From: Eledone cirrhosa
Taxonomy: Eukaryota
NCBI GenBank assembly: GCA_964016885.1
Contig: OZ024742.1
Coordinates: 33,232,001-33,296,000 of the forward strand
Length of the DNA stretch: 64,000 bases
Direction of reading: 5' to 3'
Shown here: positions 1 to 11,130 of the stretch, piece after piece
How the letters are laid out: each line of letters begins with the position of its first letter
How positions within the stretch are numbered: the stretch's first letter is position 1
Position numbers and translations under genes: made by a program
The notes under the pieces: generated by a model
Told to the model about the DNA's origin: nothing
What the model saw: the letters and a program-made list of their open reading frames with translations, nothing else
Databases searched by the model: none

Positions 1-348
1 TAGTAACTGACAGTTAAGTAGTATTACAAACATAAGTGAAGCCAAGTAGTTTATGTAATAGGAAAAGGAGTAAGGAAGGCTTGGGGAATATATGTATATA
101 TATATATATATATTTTACTCTCTATAAAAATTGCCCCCCCCCCTTTTTTTTAAATGTCTTTCCACCACTCCCCCACACACCCTCGGAACTCTCTTCCTAC
201 CCACTTTTCTCCTGATGAAGGGCTTATGTCCAAAACGTCGTCCCCCACCCCCACTCTCAAGTGTGAAACTAATACAAATATCATTTGTACTGCCTCTCTA
301 TTTTTTGTTCTCTGTTCATTTATTAAACTCTCTCTATATATATATAAT

Positions 349-691
349 GGAGGCACATGGCTTAGTGGTTAGAGCATTGGCCTTGCAATCGAAAGGTTGT
401 GAGTTCAATTCTCAGACCGGGTGATGTGTTGTTTCCTTGAGCAAGACACTTTATTTCACATTGCTCCAGTTTACTCAGCTGTAGAAATGAGATGATAGGG
501 ACTGGGGTCAATATCATTCCACTGCAAAGTGGTCGTGGAGGTGCCACAGCAAAAAAGCACCCAGCACTCACTGTAAATGAGGTTGGTGTTAGGAAGGGCA
601 TCCAGCTGTAGAAATCAAGCCAGAATCAGTTCCTGTCCCACCCTTGCAAGCAGGGAAAAAGCGGACATAAAATGAAATGATGATGATGATA
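349..691 (+). mobile_element. tRNA-derived CORE-like SINE with RTE-type tail (family A). Other copies: ~16420-16748(-), 17104-17411(-), 28793-29112(+), 33944-34270(+), 45688-46037(-), 50347-50673(-), 60957-61300(-)
   Basis: A box TGGCTTAGTGG and B box GAGTTCAATTC, CORE-like body (ccttgagcaagacactt...ctcagctgtagaaatgag), and a 3' end like the RTE tail ending in (ATG)n. Eight near-identical copies in the window. Confidence 0.88.
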
Positions 692-730
692 TATAGGTAA
701 AGAGGCAGGCTGTGTGGTTACTGAAAACGA

Positions 731-871
731 AGTGTAAGAAGGTAATAGGAATGTAAACAAGAGAAGAAAAGTTGCCCTTCGTAAGCGCCAAAACATATAT
801 GATCCATAGTAAACAGCTGACGAAGGGCAACTTTTCTTCTCTTGTTTACATCCCTATTACCTTCTTACACT
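731..871. repeat. Inverted repeat with ~56-bp arms (731-786 / 816-871) and a ~29-nt loop
   Basis: agtgtaagaaggtaataggaatgtaaacaagagaagaaaagttgcccttcgtaagc versus its reverse complement, with two mismatches. Confidence 0.85.
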
Positions 872-882
872 ATATATATATA

Positions 883-1349
883 TCATCATCATCATCATTT
901 TACGTCCGCTCTTCCCTGCTCGCAAGGGTGGGACGGGTCTTATTCAGCACAGCATCTCTCCACTCGTCATGGTCCCTCGTCATCTCCACCGTGAGCTTCA
1001 GCAATCTGAGGTCTGTTCTCACCACCTCCGCCCATGTTTTTCGTGGTCTACCTCTACCACGTCTTCCTTCAACTGGCATTTCCTGGCACTTCTTCACCCA
1101 CTGGTCATCCTCCATGCGCATCACATGTCCATACCACCTCAGTCTCCTCTCCCGTACACTACATCCTATGCCTCGCAGACACAGTTTCTCTCTCAACACA
1201 TTCATGCTGGGTCGTTCATGCACATTTACACTGCACATCCAATGGAACATGCTTGCCTCATTTCTTTCCAGCCGTCGCATATCATCCTCTGCAGTTGCTG
1301 CCCATGTCTCACTACCATGCAGCATCGCGCTCCTCACACAGGCATCATA
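883..1349 (-). mobile_element. RTE-clade LINE 3' fragment (subfamily A)
   Basis: [17 protein letters not shown]...[12 protein letters not shown]...GRGRPRKTW...[13 protein letters not shown] followed directly by an (ATG)n tail; 5'-truncated at a TA tract. Confidence 0.9.
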
Positions 1350-1373
1350 TGTATATATACATATATATACACA

Positions 1374-1718
1374 CAGTTGCCCCACCTCGTATTCGCGGGA
1401 GGGGGGGGTGGTTACGTTCCTAGAGCACCCCATGAAGAATGAAAAGCCGCGAATATTGGACATGGTCCATAAAAATGCCTATAAATGTCAAAATATGACG
1501 TAAAATATAATAAAATAAAAAAAGAGGGATTGTCTTATGTGAAGGGCCGTCCAATAGGCCGGCAAATATGGTATATTGTTATTAATAATTTAGCATTAAA
1601 AAATATATATATTGCCATGCAAAAAATCGCGGATGATATTTATGATTCTGCGAAACCATTATTAGTTGGGTTCTAAGGAAAATTCAGCGAATAACTGGGA
1701 CCGCGAGTGTCGGGACTG
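1374..1718. mobile_element. Probable Tigger/pogo-like non-autonomous DNA transposon
   Basis: Starts cagttgcccacctcgtattcgcggg...gttacgttcctagagcacccc and ends ...ccgcgagtgtcgggactg, resembling Tigger-type termini with repeated ccgcgaata motifs. Confidence 0.45.
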
Positions 1719-1721
1719 TGA

Positions 1722-2162
1722 AGGGTGAGCACTCGATGTTTAGGTTCACTTCAGTGTCGAGGTGTAGAGCTAGACAGAGTGTATTATTGTGAAATAAAAT
1801 AACTGTTTCTACTTTTGGTTCGAGGCCAGCTATTACCCAAGTGTATTACTGGTACTTTATTTTATTGACCCCGTAAGGATGAAAGGCAAAGCTAACCTCG
1901 GCGGGATTTGAACTCAGAATGGCAAGGGCCGTAACTCAATACGTCCGACCCTCTACCAATACTGCCAATCCACCGCCCTTGTGAAATAAAATAACAAGGA
2001 CGATTGGTTACTCCTTCATTATGTTTATTAGTTGGTGACACGTGTTTTGCTACTGATCAGCTCAAGGTTCGATCTGTATCGATCTGACCCGACTCTGTAA
2101 TCCACGGCTCGTCAGACCACTTGTAATGGTAATGGAAAAATGAATATTCATTTTATTTTATT

Positions 2163-2168
<6 letters not shown>
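1722..2168 (-). mobile_element. Hammerhead-motif-bearing repeat (Penelope pLTR/retrozyme-like), interrupted by a SINE; paralog of 43949-44263
   Basis: Highly similar to the 44-kb copy. Minus strand reads GUGGU CUGACGA GCCGU...GUAGC AAAAC ACGU GUC ACCA. Confidence 0.65.
1804..1978 (-). mobile_element. tRNA-derived SINE family B. More than 15 copies, e.g. 14512-14655(+), 15181-15369, 15622-15752, 18487-18607(+), 28588-28736, 29762-30246 (three in tandem), 37613-37800, 39832-40030(+), 41913-42288 (two), 43430-43553, 51663-51850
   Basis: Head ggcggtggattggcagtatcggtagag, B box gagttcaaatccc, conserved body gcctttcatccttacggggtcgataaaataaagtaccag, (AAT)n tail. This copy has TSD ttgtgaaataaaataac (1787-1803 / 1979-1995). 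Confidence 0.88.
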
Positions 2169-2208
<40 letters not shown>

Positions 2209-2284
2209 CAAGGGTGAACAGGCTACATACATGCATACAAACATTCATAGCATACTGCAGCATGATCCAACAAGAAAGTCGCTA

Positions 2285-2480
2285 AGTGGATGCTCAAAGT
2301 GCCAGACATAACAGCCAAATCTTCTTCATGTCACTCCCTACTTCCTTAAAAACAGGAAGGATACATTGGTCTTAAAAACTGAAGGACACATTAGATAATG
2401 TAGTCCTAGATACAGAAAATCCAAATAAAAACTGGAATGCCTATGATCATAACTGACCTGGGGTTAAACATCAACAACAT
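2285..2480 (+). repeat. Older interspersed repeat (gacctgctagaaatagcagccaaat...ggataatgtagtcctagata...ctggggctaaacaacaac), degenerate copies near 3510, 36390, 42300-42750, 48360-48620, 49720, 51580, 53380-53700
   Basis: Recurrent diverged motif blocks ending in a (CAA)n tail; probably SINE/LINE 3' ends; class not determined. Confidence 0.55.
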
Positions 2481-2621
2481 ACTTAACCAGCCAACAGAGG
2501 AACCTCTCAATGGTTGGTTGACCTGCTAGAAATAGCAACCAATACACCAAGTGTCATAAATGCAAAGAAAAAGAACAAAGAAAAAGAACAAGAAAAAGAT
2601 AAATAAATTTTGTCATCATAC

Positions 2622-2755
2622 CTGTTCACACAACTCCTTAACGGCTGTAAGGTTTCCACTAATGCAGGCCAAATGAAGTGGTGTTTGGCCATAATTATCT
2701 TTCCGTCGTGGACAGAAGCCCGAGTAAATGAGCAATCGCATCAACTCAGAGTAAC
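2622..2755 (-). CDS. Patsas: Internal coding exon (134 bp) of an ankyrin-repeat DHHC palmitoyltransferase-like gene (Patsas/HIP14-ZDHHC17 family)
   Basis: Minus strand: acceptor ...ttgattttcAG|GTTAC, donor GAACAG|GTATGA. Phase-1 start gives (G)YSELMRLLIYSGFCPRRKDNYGQTPLHLACISGNLTAVKELCEQ, an ankyrin repeat (GxTPLHLA) that continues the 49-kb exon in frame. Not captured by the ORF track. Family call is from recalled similarity to Drosophila Patsas; the DHHC domain is not in the window. Confidence 0.88.
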
Positions 2756-2814
2756 CTGAAAATCAAAATAAGTACATTAATAAAATATATATATGTAAAA
2801 TTATATTAGAAATA

Positions 2815-2894
2815 CAGGGTGTCCCCCCCAAAATGTACACACACTTTGATTAGAATACTGTTGATGTATGTATACATTTTTTGGGGACACCCTA
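2815..2894. mobile_element. Tc1/mariner-type MITE; second copy at 19207-19300
   Basis: TIRs CAGGGTGTCC...GGACACCCT(G/A) flanked by TA duplications. Confidence 0.75.
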
Positions 2895-5226
2895 TATAGT
2901 CTGCTGGTGAACTGACATTAGAGCACAGGACAAAATGCCTTTGTGGTATTTGTTCCAGCTCTCTGCACTCTGAGTTAAAATGCTGCTGAGGTCCATTTGA
3001 AGAGGTGAGCATTGTTTTATGTCTGTTTGTAGAATGAGATGTAAAGTTAGTCAGGTTGACTTCAGTACAAATAAGATTCTGTACTTATTTCATCGACCAT
3101 GGAGGAATGAAAAACAGTTGACCACTGTAGTATTTGAACAACGGTATTTGTTCCAACTCTGCATTCTGAATTTCAAAACCTGCCAGGGTTAACTTTGTCT
3201 TTCACCCTTTTGGAGTTGATTAAAAAAGTACCAGTTCAGTGTCAGTGGATCAACAGAATTGTTAGTCAGACAATGTGGTATATGGCTCTGTGATTTGAGC
3301 CCAAACCATACCTTTTGTCACCAGAAAAGCAGTAATGACCTGCCAGTTGTGATTGGCAGATAGTATCAGTAATGGAAAGAGAAATGGAAACATAATTTTC
3401 TTAGTCTGATTTGATGATCAGCTCCTTTCTTTTTTTCTCTTGAACACAGAATGTAGAGAAGCAGAACTATATTATACTATAAGCTATTTAATTTTGTGAA
3501 TGAAGGAGTCTCTATGTGGTTGCTGGACCTGCTAGAAATAGTAGCCAAGTTCCTTCAAATCATACCCTACTATCTTAAAGAAAAAAAAAATGAACAGATT
3601 AGATAATGTAGTCTTAGATACTCAATAACCTCATCACCCCAATAAAATACCTTTAATCAAAGTCCTGCACAGTTCAAATTGAGCTGTTTTTTTAGATTGT
3701 TTAAGAAATAAAACATGACTATCCTATCTTTCTGTATATTAGGGAAAATGTAGTCCCTGGTGCTGATGATGAAGAAGAGGATCAACAAAAAGAACAAGGT
3801 GTAGAGGAAGAAGAAAGAGAAGGGGAGAAGTGGAAGAAGAAAAAAAGATGAAGCTATTTAATCCAATGATTTTCTTCTTTTTCTCACCCTCACCTCACCA
3901 CTTCCTATCATTATCATCACTAAATTAGCACACCCCTCACCCCTATCATCACTAAATTAGCACACCCCTCACCCCCATCATCCACTATCTACCTCCACAA
4001 TACTTGTTTTCTCTACAACTCAAAATGTTTGATTTCTATCATCTATGTTAATCAGAAGACTTCCAAGACAAATGGTAAACTCTACTAAAGGACCTCAGGA
4101 CTATGTGATGGTGCTAAACCAGGCAACAGTTTATCCCTTTAGTATTTATATTACTCTATATATACTATTGTATTTTCATGGTAAAGAATTTATTGCACAT
4201 AATATCTCACATAATATCGAATGTATGAGACTTTGATATTATTTATTTTAGAACAATACCATAACATCAGTATGGGTGACTAGTTACAGCCGGTTTGAAC
4301 AGAAAGAGGTGAGAGAATTCTGGCTGGATATGGCTGGTTTAAATACTAAAGGGTTAAGTCTATCATTCCAAGAACTCAGAACACAAAAACAACCAGAACA
4401 AAGCATCTCATTTGATACTGATGCCCTCACAATTCCACAAATCCATCGCCCCTGGACTGAAAGAATGAAAGGTGAAGCTGACCTTGGTGGGATGTGCAGA
4501 GAATTGAAAACACTGTAAGGAATTTTATCATAAACTCTAACATCAGCCAATCCTAAAGTCGATAGAACAACTGGAGTACTCATTGTTGAAACTGATGGAG
4601 GATCCATTATGTGTGTGTGTTTATATGTCTATGTATGTGTAATTATGTGATGTGTTTGTGTGTATATATATGTCTCTGTGTGTGTATTTATGTGTCTGTA
4701 TTTGTTGGGTGTGCCTGTATGTGTATGTATGCATGTGTGTCTACGTATGTACGTGTGTCTATGTGTGTATGTATGCATGTCTGTCTATGTATGTGTCTAT
4801 GTGTGTGTGCGTCTATGTGTGTGTGTACTTGTGTTTGGTGGGTGGGATGAGGAGGTGAAAGAAAGAAGAAAGGAACAAACGAGATATTTTCTTTACAAGG
4901 CGCCCAACATTCTAAAAAAAACAACCAAACAAAACAAAAGGTAGGGGTGGTGGTATGATTGGGAGTTTGTCAGTATTAGGTAAGAACAGGTGGTTTGTGC
5001 ATCAGTGAAATACAGTGGCTTTCTCAACCAAACATATACAAGATAAGGCAACATAACAGAGTTTAGTTCAACAACAACAAACAAAAATTACATTACATAA
5101 TAAATTACATAATAATCTTTTATTCTTTTACTTGTTTCAGTTATTAGACTGCGGCCATGCTGGTGCACCACCTTTATTTAGTCGGTCATATCAACACCAA
5201 TATTTAAAGTTTGGTGCTAACTTTAA

Positions 5227-5446
5227 CCCTTTAGCATTCACATTACTCTATATATACTATTATATTTTCATGGTAAAGGCTGTACCTCGTATAATTATCT
5301 CACATAATATCGAATCTAGGAGATTTTCAAAGTATTTATTTTGAGAATAATACCTTAACATCAGTATGAGTGGCCAGTTACAGCCAGTTTGAACAGAAAG
5401 AGGTTGAGAATTCTGGCCGGTTTTGGCCGGTTTGAACATTAAAGGG
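5227..5446. mobile_element. piggyBac-type MITE (~220 bp). Copies at 4135-4353, 14817-15014, 15420-15770 (with nested SINE), ~44824-44965 (partial), ~46465-46660, 53079-53299
   Basis: TTAA|CCCTTTAGCATT ... AATGCTAAAGGG|TTAA termini with TTAA TSD and a shared internal sequence. Confidence 0.88.
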
Positions 5447-5725
5447 TTAAGAATCTCTTTTCATGTCGAACCACCAAGTTATGGGACATAAAGATAGACA
5501 CAAATGTAAATATAGACACACACTCACACAGACACACATGTATATAACCGCACTGGTTAGTGTTAGGAAGGGAATCCAGCTGTAAAAACTCCGGACAAAT
5601 TTACAGTCCCATCAGAGGAAGGTACGGCATGGCAAATCCTGGCCAGACTTGTTTCTTGATGCGGACAACCCATCTGACCCATGCAAGCATGGACAAATGG
5701 ACGTTAAATGGTGATACATACATAT

Positions 5726-5776
<51 letters not shown>

Positions 5777-5785
5777 ATATATATA

Positions 5786-5909
5786 GGCAAAAGTTTAACC
5801 CCGATGGCAGAGCTTGCCATCGGGGTTAAACTTTTTCCTATTACCCACTCTACTACCCTAAGTATTGAGTACTTTGGTGCGTTATGGTCCATTTGGTTCC
5901 TTACCACAC
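5786..5909. repeat. Unclassified fold-back repeat family X. Copies at ~29260-29380, 30870-31000, 37162-37490, 55615-55680, 55945-56010
   Basis: Shared core gccgtcggggtcatactttttcctattacccactctactac...ggttccttaccaca. Two copies carry an inverted duplication of one side. Confidence 0.7.
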
Positions 5910-5914
5910 CTCCT

Positions 5915-7100
5915 TCATCATCATCATCAACGTTTAACGTCCGTGTTCCACGCTTGCATGGGTTTGGACGGGGGTATTCCCACTTGAGGCAAGAGTGATT
6001 GTCTTGCTCGCATAGGACTGTCTGGCAGGTTTTCTACAGTTGGATGCCCTTCCTAACACCAACCACATCTACAGTGTGGGTCTGGGAGGTTTTTACCGTG
6101 TTGCCTACACGGCCACATTACAGCGTGGACTGTGTGTTTTTTTGTCGTGACACCTACACGATCTCATTTGTTTCGGCCTGGATGGTGTGGCACCAACATA
6201 ACTTTACATAGGAGTGGGTGGTGTGGATGGGGTGGGGGTGGTGGGACGGGGGTGTATTTTGTTAGAGATGCCTACTGGCTGTAGTAGGTTTTACTATGTA
6301 TTTAGGTAAGGCGGGTCTTCTCTATTACTGAGTACCGCCAAAGGTCTCGGTCCAGTGACATTGTCTTGGAGAGGTGTAAGTGTGTGAGGTCGGAGTTTAT
6401 CAGCTCGTCCCAGGTTTTTCTAGGTCTGCCTATTCCGTGGCTACCGTCTATCTTTATTGCCCTGCACTTTGTTATACAGCTATCGACTTTCATGCGCATC
6501 ACGTGACCATACCAACGTAGCCTTCTCTCGAGTAAACAACATCTGATCCCTCTTATTTCTAATTTTTTCCTTAGTTCGTTTATGCTTTGCCGTTCACGTA
6601 TATTACTATTACACATCCAGCGGAGCATGCAAGCTTCGTTCCTCTCTAGTCTGCACACAATGCCCAGGTCTCACTGCCATGCAACATTGCTGTTCGTATG
6701 CAGGCATCATACAACCTGCCTTTCATTTTTAGGGAGAACCCTTTAGCGGCTAATAGTGGTATAAGCTCTCTGAACTTTTTCCATCCAGTTCTGACTCTAG
6801 CTACTGTACTTTCAGAGCACCCTCCCCCACTGCTGATTTTGTCACCCAGGTAACGGAAGCTGTCCACTATTTCTATAGAGCCCTCTGCGCAGTTGTAAGA
6901 GCTAGTATTTTGTGGGCACTTGCTGCTACTTATTGCACCAGAGCACCGCCCACATGTAAAATCTATGTTCTTAGTTAGCTTACCTGTGATCCCACTACAT
7001 CTTTTATGCACCCATACTTTGCATTTGGGACATAAAATGGAGTTTCTACCTACGCCTTTCTACACACTGAGCATGGCCATTTCCCGGAAGGGACCGCCGC
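5915..7100 (-). mobile_element. RTE LINE (subfamily B), 5'-truncated and frameshifted
   Basis: ORF pieces 6302-6658 and 6646-7011 (PHD-like Cys region, [14 protein letters not shown]). A 13-bp deletion between tctgc microhomologies near 6655. About 370-bp 3' UTR and (ATG)n tail. Confidence 0.92.
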
Positions 7101-7513
7101 CTTCGTTTAACATCCATCTTCCACGCTAGCATGGGTTAGACGGGAGTTGTCCCACTTGAGGCAAGGTAGGTCGGGTGACGGTGTCTCGCTCATATAGGAC
7201 TATCTGGCAGGTTTTCTACGGCTTGATGCCCTTACTAACACCAACCACATTTACAGTGTGGAACTGGGAACTTTTTACAGTGATACCTACACGGCCACAT
7301 TACAGACGGAACTGTGTTTTTTTTTGTTTTTTATATATAAATATATAAATATATATAAATATATATATGATGGTCTTCTGCAGTTTCCATCAACTAAATT
7401 CCTAAATTCCACTCACAAAGTGGCAAATGTGAGGCTCTATGTAGTACAAGGCATTTGTCCAAGGTGCCACACAGCGGGACTGAACCCAGAACAACAATAA
7501 CAAATACCAGAGA

Positions 7514-7793
7514 TTGTCCAGCCACTTCCGCTTCACACCGTCAAGACATCACGCATACTTAGACCCCATACTACCGAGCTCCTCCACAAAATTGGAATGT
7601 CAGCCTGTCTGAGGAAGGAGCCCTGCAAGGTGGGGTGGATGTTGCAGACCATTGTCCGTGGGAATGCTTTTGCGGTCTTGTCCACGGGGTGCAACCCCTA
7701 CACCGCTGTGCCCAAGCACCCCCATTCTTCTGTGACTCTAGAGCCTTTGCCTTTCCCTTCTCTTCCCTATTCATAACCACAAAAGACACTTGA
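7514..7793 (+). mobile_element. Degenerate 3' remnant of a CRE-clade (restriction-like endonuclease) non-LTR retrotransposon; second copy at ~47128-47425(-)
   Basis: The 47-kb copy translates as PLPLHTVKTSGILGPCTAELLHKIG...KEPREVRW...TIVCRNAFAVL, resembling the CRE C-terminus pattern P..VET.G..GP.A...L..IG...EPRE..W.....I.RGNA..VL. Confidence 0.55.
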
Positions 7794-8297
7794 ATTGTTT
7801 ACAATAAATATAAATATATATATGGTGTTAGGAAGGCATCCAGCTGTAGAAACCAAGCCAGAATTCCTGCACGAGCAAGACAAGGTCAGCCGACCGGACA
7901 CTGCCCACAACAGGACAACCCGTCTAACCCATGCTAGCAAGGACGAATGGAGGTAAAACGGTGATGATGATGATGATGATACAGGTAAAAAAATAAAATA
8001 AAATAATAAAATCTAAGTGGAAGGATGTCATTGAAGAGGAAGACCAAGACAGATGTACGGGAGAGGACTTACCCATGCCAACATAGAAAAACAGCTGTAA
8101 GAACAACGAAGATGATGATGAATAAAAAACAAATAATCAAAATAAGTAAATTAGACAATAATCTCTATTGTTTTAGATAATTGTTATTGTTATCTTATTT
8201 TATTGTTTATGTTTGTAGTAAGTCAAGATAAATATTATTTTTTTATTTTTTAGATAATTGTTATTTTTTAATTATATACTTTATTACTTTTTTGTCT

Positions 8298-10245
8298 GTG
8301 GTAATGGTGGTGGTGGTGGAGGAGGTGGTGGTAGTGGTGGTGGTAATGGTGTGGTGGTGGTGGTGGTGGTAGTGGTGGAGGTGGTAGTGGTGGTAATGGT
8401 TGAGGAGGTGGTGGAGGAGGTGGTGGAGGTGGTGGTGGTGGTAGAGGAGGTGGTGGTGGAGGTGGGGGTAGTGGTGTTGGTAATGGTGTGGTGGTGGTAA
8501 TGGTGGTGTTGGTGGTGGTGGTGGTGGTGGTGGTAATGGTGGTGGTAATGGTGGTAGCAGAGGTGGGGGTGGGACAGAATTTTGATTTTTTTTTTTTCGT
8601 GGGTGCTTGCTTTTTTTTGTCTTTGATTTGCTTGTTTGTTGTGTTGTTGGTAATTTCTTATTTATTATGAGAGAGGAGACAAAGAGGGGAGATTATAGCA
8701 AGGAGTGTGCAGGTGAGAGGTGTAGTGTGGTAGCAGTAAAGACTAGAGTTGGAATATGTTGGGTTGGGTTGGGTCATATGAGGGTAGTTGTTAAAGACAA
8801 ACATTTGATAGTTAGAGGAATAAAGTGGTGGGGGTAAGGGTGATGAATATGATGATGATGATGATGGTGGTGGTGGTGACGATGATGATGATGGTGGTGG
8901 ATATGTTGATGTTGATGATGATGGCAGTGGTGATGGTGATGATGATGATGATTAATATAATAATGATGATGATGACGAATATGATGATGAATATGATGAT
9001 GATGATGACGATGATGATGATGAATATGATAATGATGTAAAGACGTAAAGGAGGCTGATAATGGTGGTGGTGGTGATGATAAAAATAACAATAACAACAA
9101 TAATAATATGTTTGGCACAAGGATAGCAATTTTGAAGGGAAGAAGAGAGGTAATTAAATCAACCCCAGTGTGTTACTGATGCTTTATTTGATGGTGATGA
9201 TGGTGATAGTGATGGTGGTGATGGTGATGATGGTGATGATGGTGATGGTGGTGGTGAGGGAGATAGTGATGGTGGTGAGGGAGATAGTGGTGGTGAGGGA
9301 GATAGTGATGGTGGTGATAGTGGTGGTGAGGGAGATAGTGATGGTGGTGATAGTGGTGGTGAGGGAGATAGTGGTGGTGGTGATAGTGGTGGTGAGGGAG
9401 ATAGTGATGGTGGTGATAGTGGTGGTGAGGGAGATAGTGATGGTGGTGATAGTGGTGGTGAGGGAGATAGTGGTGGTGGTGATAGTGGTGGTGAGGGAGA
9501 TAGTGATGGTGGTTATAGTAATGGTGGTGAGGGAGATAGTGATGGTGGTGAGGGAGATAGTGATGGTGGTGATGGTGGTGAGGGAGATAGTGATGGTGGT
9601 GGTAGTGGTGGTGAGGGAGATAGTGATGGTGGTGAGGGAGATAGTGATGGTGGTGATGGTGGTGAGGGAGATAGTGATGGTGGTGGTAGTGGTAGTGAGG
9701 GAGATAGTGATGGTGGTGATGGTGGTGGTGAGGGAGATAGTGATGGTGGTGATGGTGGTGGTGAGGGAGATAGTGATGGTGGTGATGGTGGTGGTGAGGG
9801 AGATAGTGATGGTGGTGGTAGTGGTGGTGAGGGAGATAGTGATGGTGGTGGTGAGGGAGATAGTGATGGTGGTGATGGTGGTGGTGAGGGAGATAGTAAT
9901 GGTGGAAATATAGAGATGGTGTTCGATATATTCATATTAGTGCTAAAGACTGTGATGATGATGATGATGGCGAAGATAATGATGATGATCATGGTAATTG
10001 TGGAAAGATCAATGGTTAATTGGTATAGAGGTGGAAGGTGGCATTAGTTGTGGCTGTGATGGTAGTGGCAGTGGTGTTGGTATCAAATAGAATCAATGAC
10101 AATTGATAGATAATGATGATGATGGTGGTGATGATGGTGGTGATGGTGATGGTGGTGGTGATGATGGTGATGATGGTGATGGTGCTGATGATGATGGTGA
10201 TGATGATGGTGATGGTGATGATGGTGATGGCAATGATGGTAATTG
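8298..10245. repeat. (GGT)n/(GAT)n simple-repeat field, including a minisatellite at ~9245-9900 with constant core GAGGGAGATA
   Basis: Triplet repeats visible directly; the overlying ORFs are repeat translations. Confidence 0.9.
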
Positions 10246-10496
10246 TTTCCTGTTTGTTGTTTGTCTTCATTAATTGTCTATTTGTGAAGGAAGGGCAATG
10301 CCCAGAGCCCCTCATTAGGCTGTCTTGGACTGTTGGTAAGATTAGAACATTTCTGTTCTGACTGAATACTTTGACAGGAGTAAAACTCTACAAAAACCCC
10401 ACCCATGGGCAGGCATGTGCAAAGCTGGTAGTAAGCTCAAGCTAGATGTAAAATATAGGTTTCAGTTTTAACTGATAACAGGTTGAAGTCAGGTTT

Positions 10497-11130
10497 GAAA
10501 TATAGGTCCCTAAAGTTGGTAATAGACCCAGACCAAATGTGAAATGTAGGTCCCTAAAGTTGGTAATAGACCCAGATCAAATGTGAAATGTAGGTCCCTA
10601 AAGTTGGTAATAGACCTAGATCAAATGTGAAATATAGGTCCCTAAAATTGGTAATAGACCCAGACCAAATGTGAAATGTAGGTCCCTAAAGTTGGTAATA
10701 GACCCAGACCAAATGTGAAATGTAGGTCCCTAAAGTTGGTAATAGACCCAGACCAAATGTGAAATATAGGTCCCTAAAGTTGGTAATAGACCCAGATCAA
10801 ATGTGAAATATAGGTCCCTAAAGTTGGTAATAGACCCAGACCAAATGTGAAATGTAAGTCCCTAAAGTTGGTAATAGACCCAGATCAAATGTGAAATATA
10901 GGTCCCTAAAGTTGGTAATAGACCCAGACCAAATGTGAAATGTAGGTCCCTAAAGTTGGTAATAGACCCAGATCAAATGTGAAATATAGGTCCCTAAAGT
11001 TGGTAATAGACCCAGACCAAATGTGAAATGTAGGTCCCTAAAGTTGGTAATAGACCCAGATCAAATGTGAAATATAGGTCCCTAAAGTTGGTAATAGACC
11101 CAGATCAAATGTGAAATGTAGGTCCCTAAA
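10497..11130. repeat. 44-bp minisatellite, about 14.5 copies, with degenerate flanking units (~10420-10500 and 11130-11305)
   Basis: Unit taggtccctaaagttggtaatagacccaga(c/t)caaatgtgaaat(g/a), starting at 10503, 10547 ... 11119. Confidence 0.95.

Noticed and set aside
349-425. tRNA gene (A/B boxes, GCA anticodon-like loop)
   Set aside because: No acceptor stem or terminator; it is the head of a multi-copy SINE.
362-601. Recurrent 79-aa ORF MPFLTPTSFTVSAGCFF as a gene family
   Set aside because: Antisense translation of SINE family A; it recurs only because the SINE does.
6970-6995. AG|GTAAG recursive-splice-like site on the minus strand
   Set aside because: It is part of the RTE ORF and lacks a polypyrimidine tract.
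10497-11130. CRISPR-like array
   Set aside because: Units are contiguous 44-bp repeats with no unique spacers, there are no cas genes, and the context is eukaryotic.
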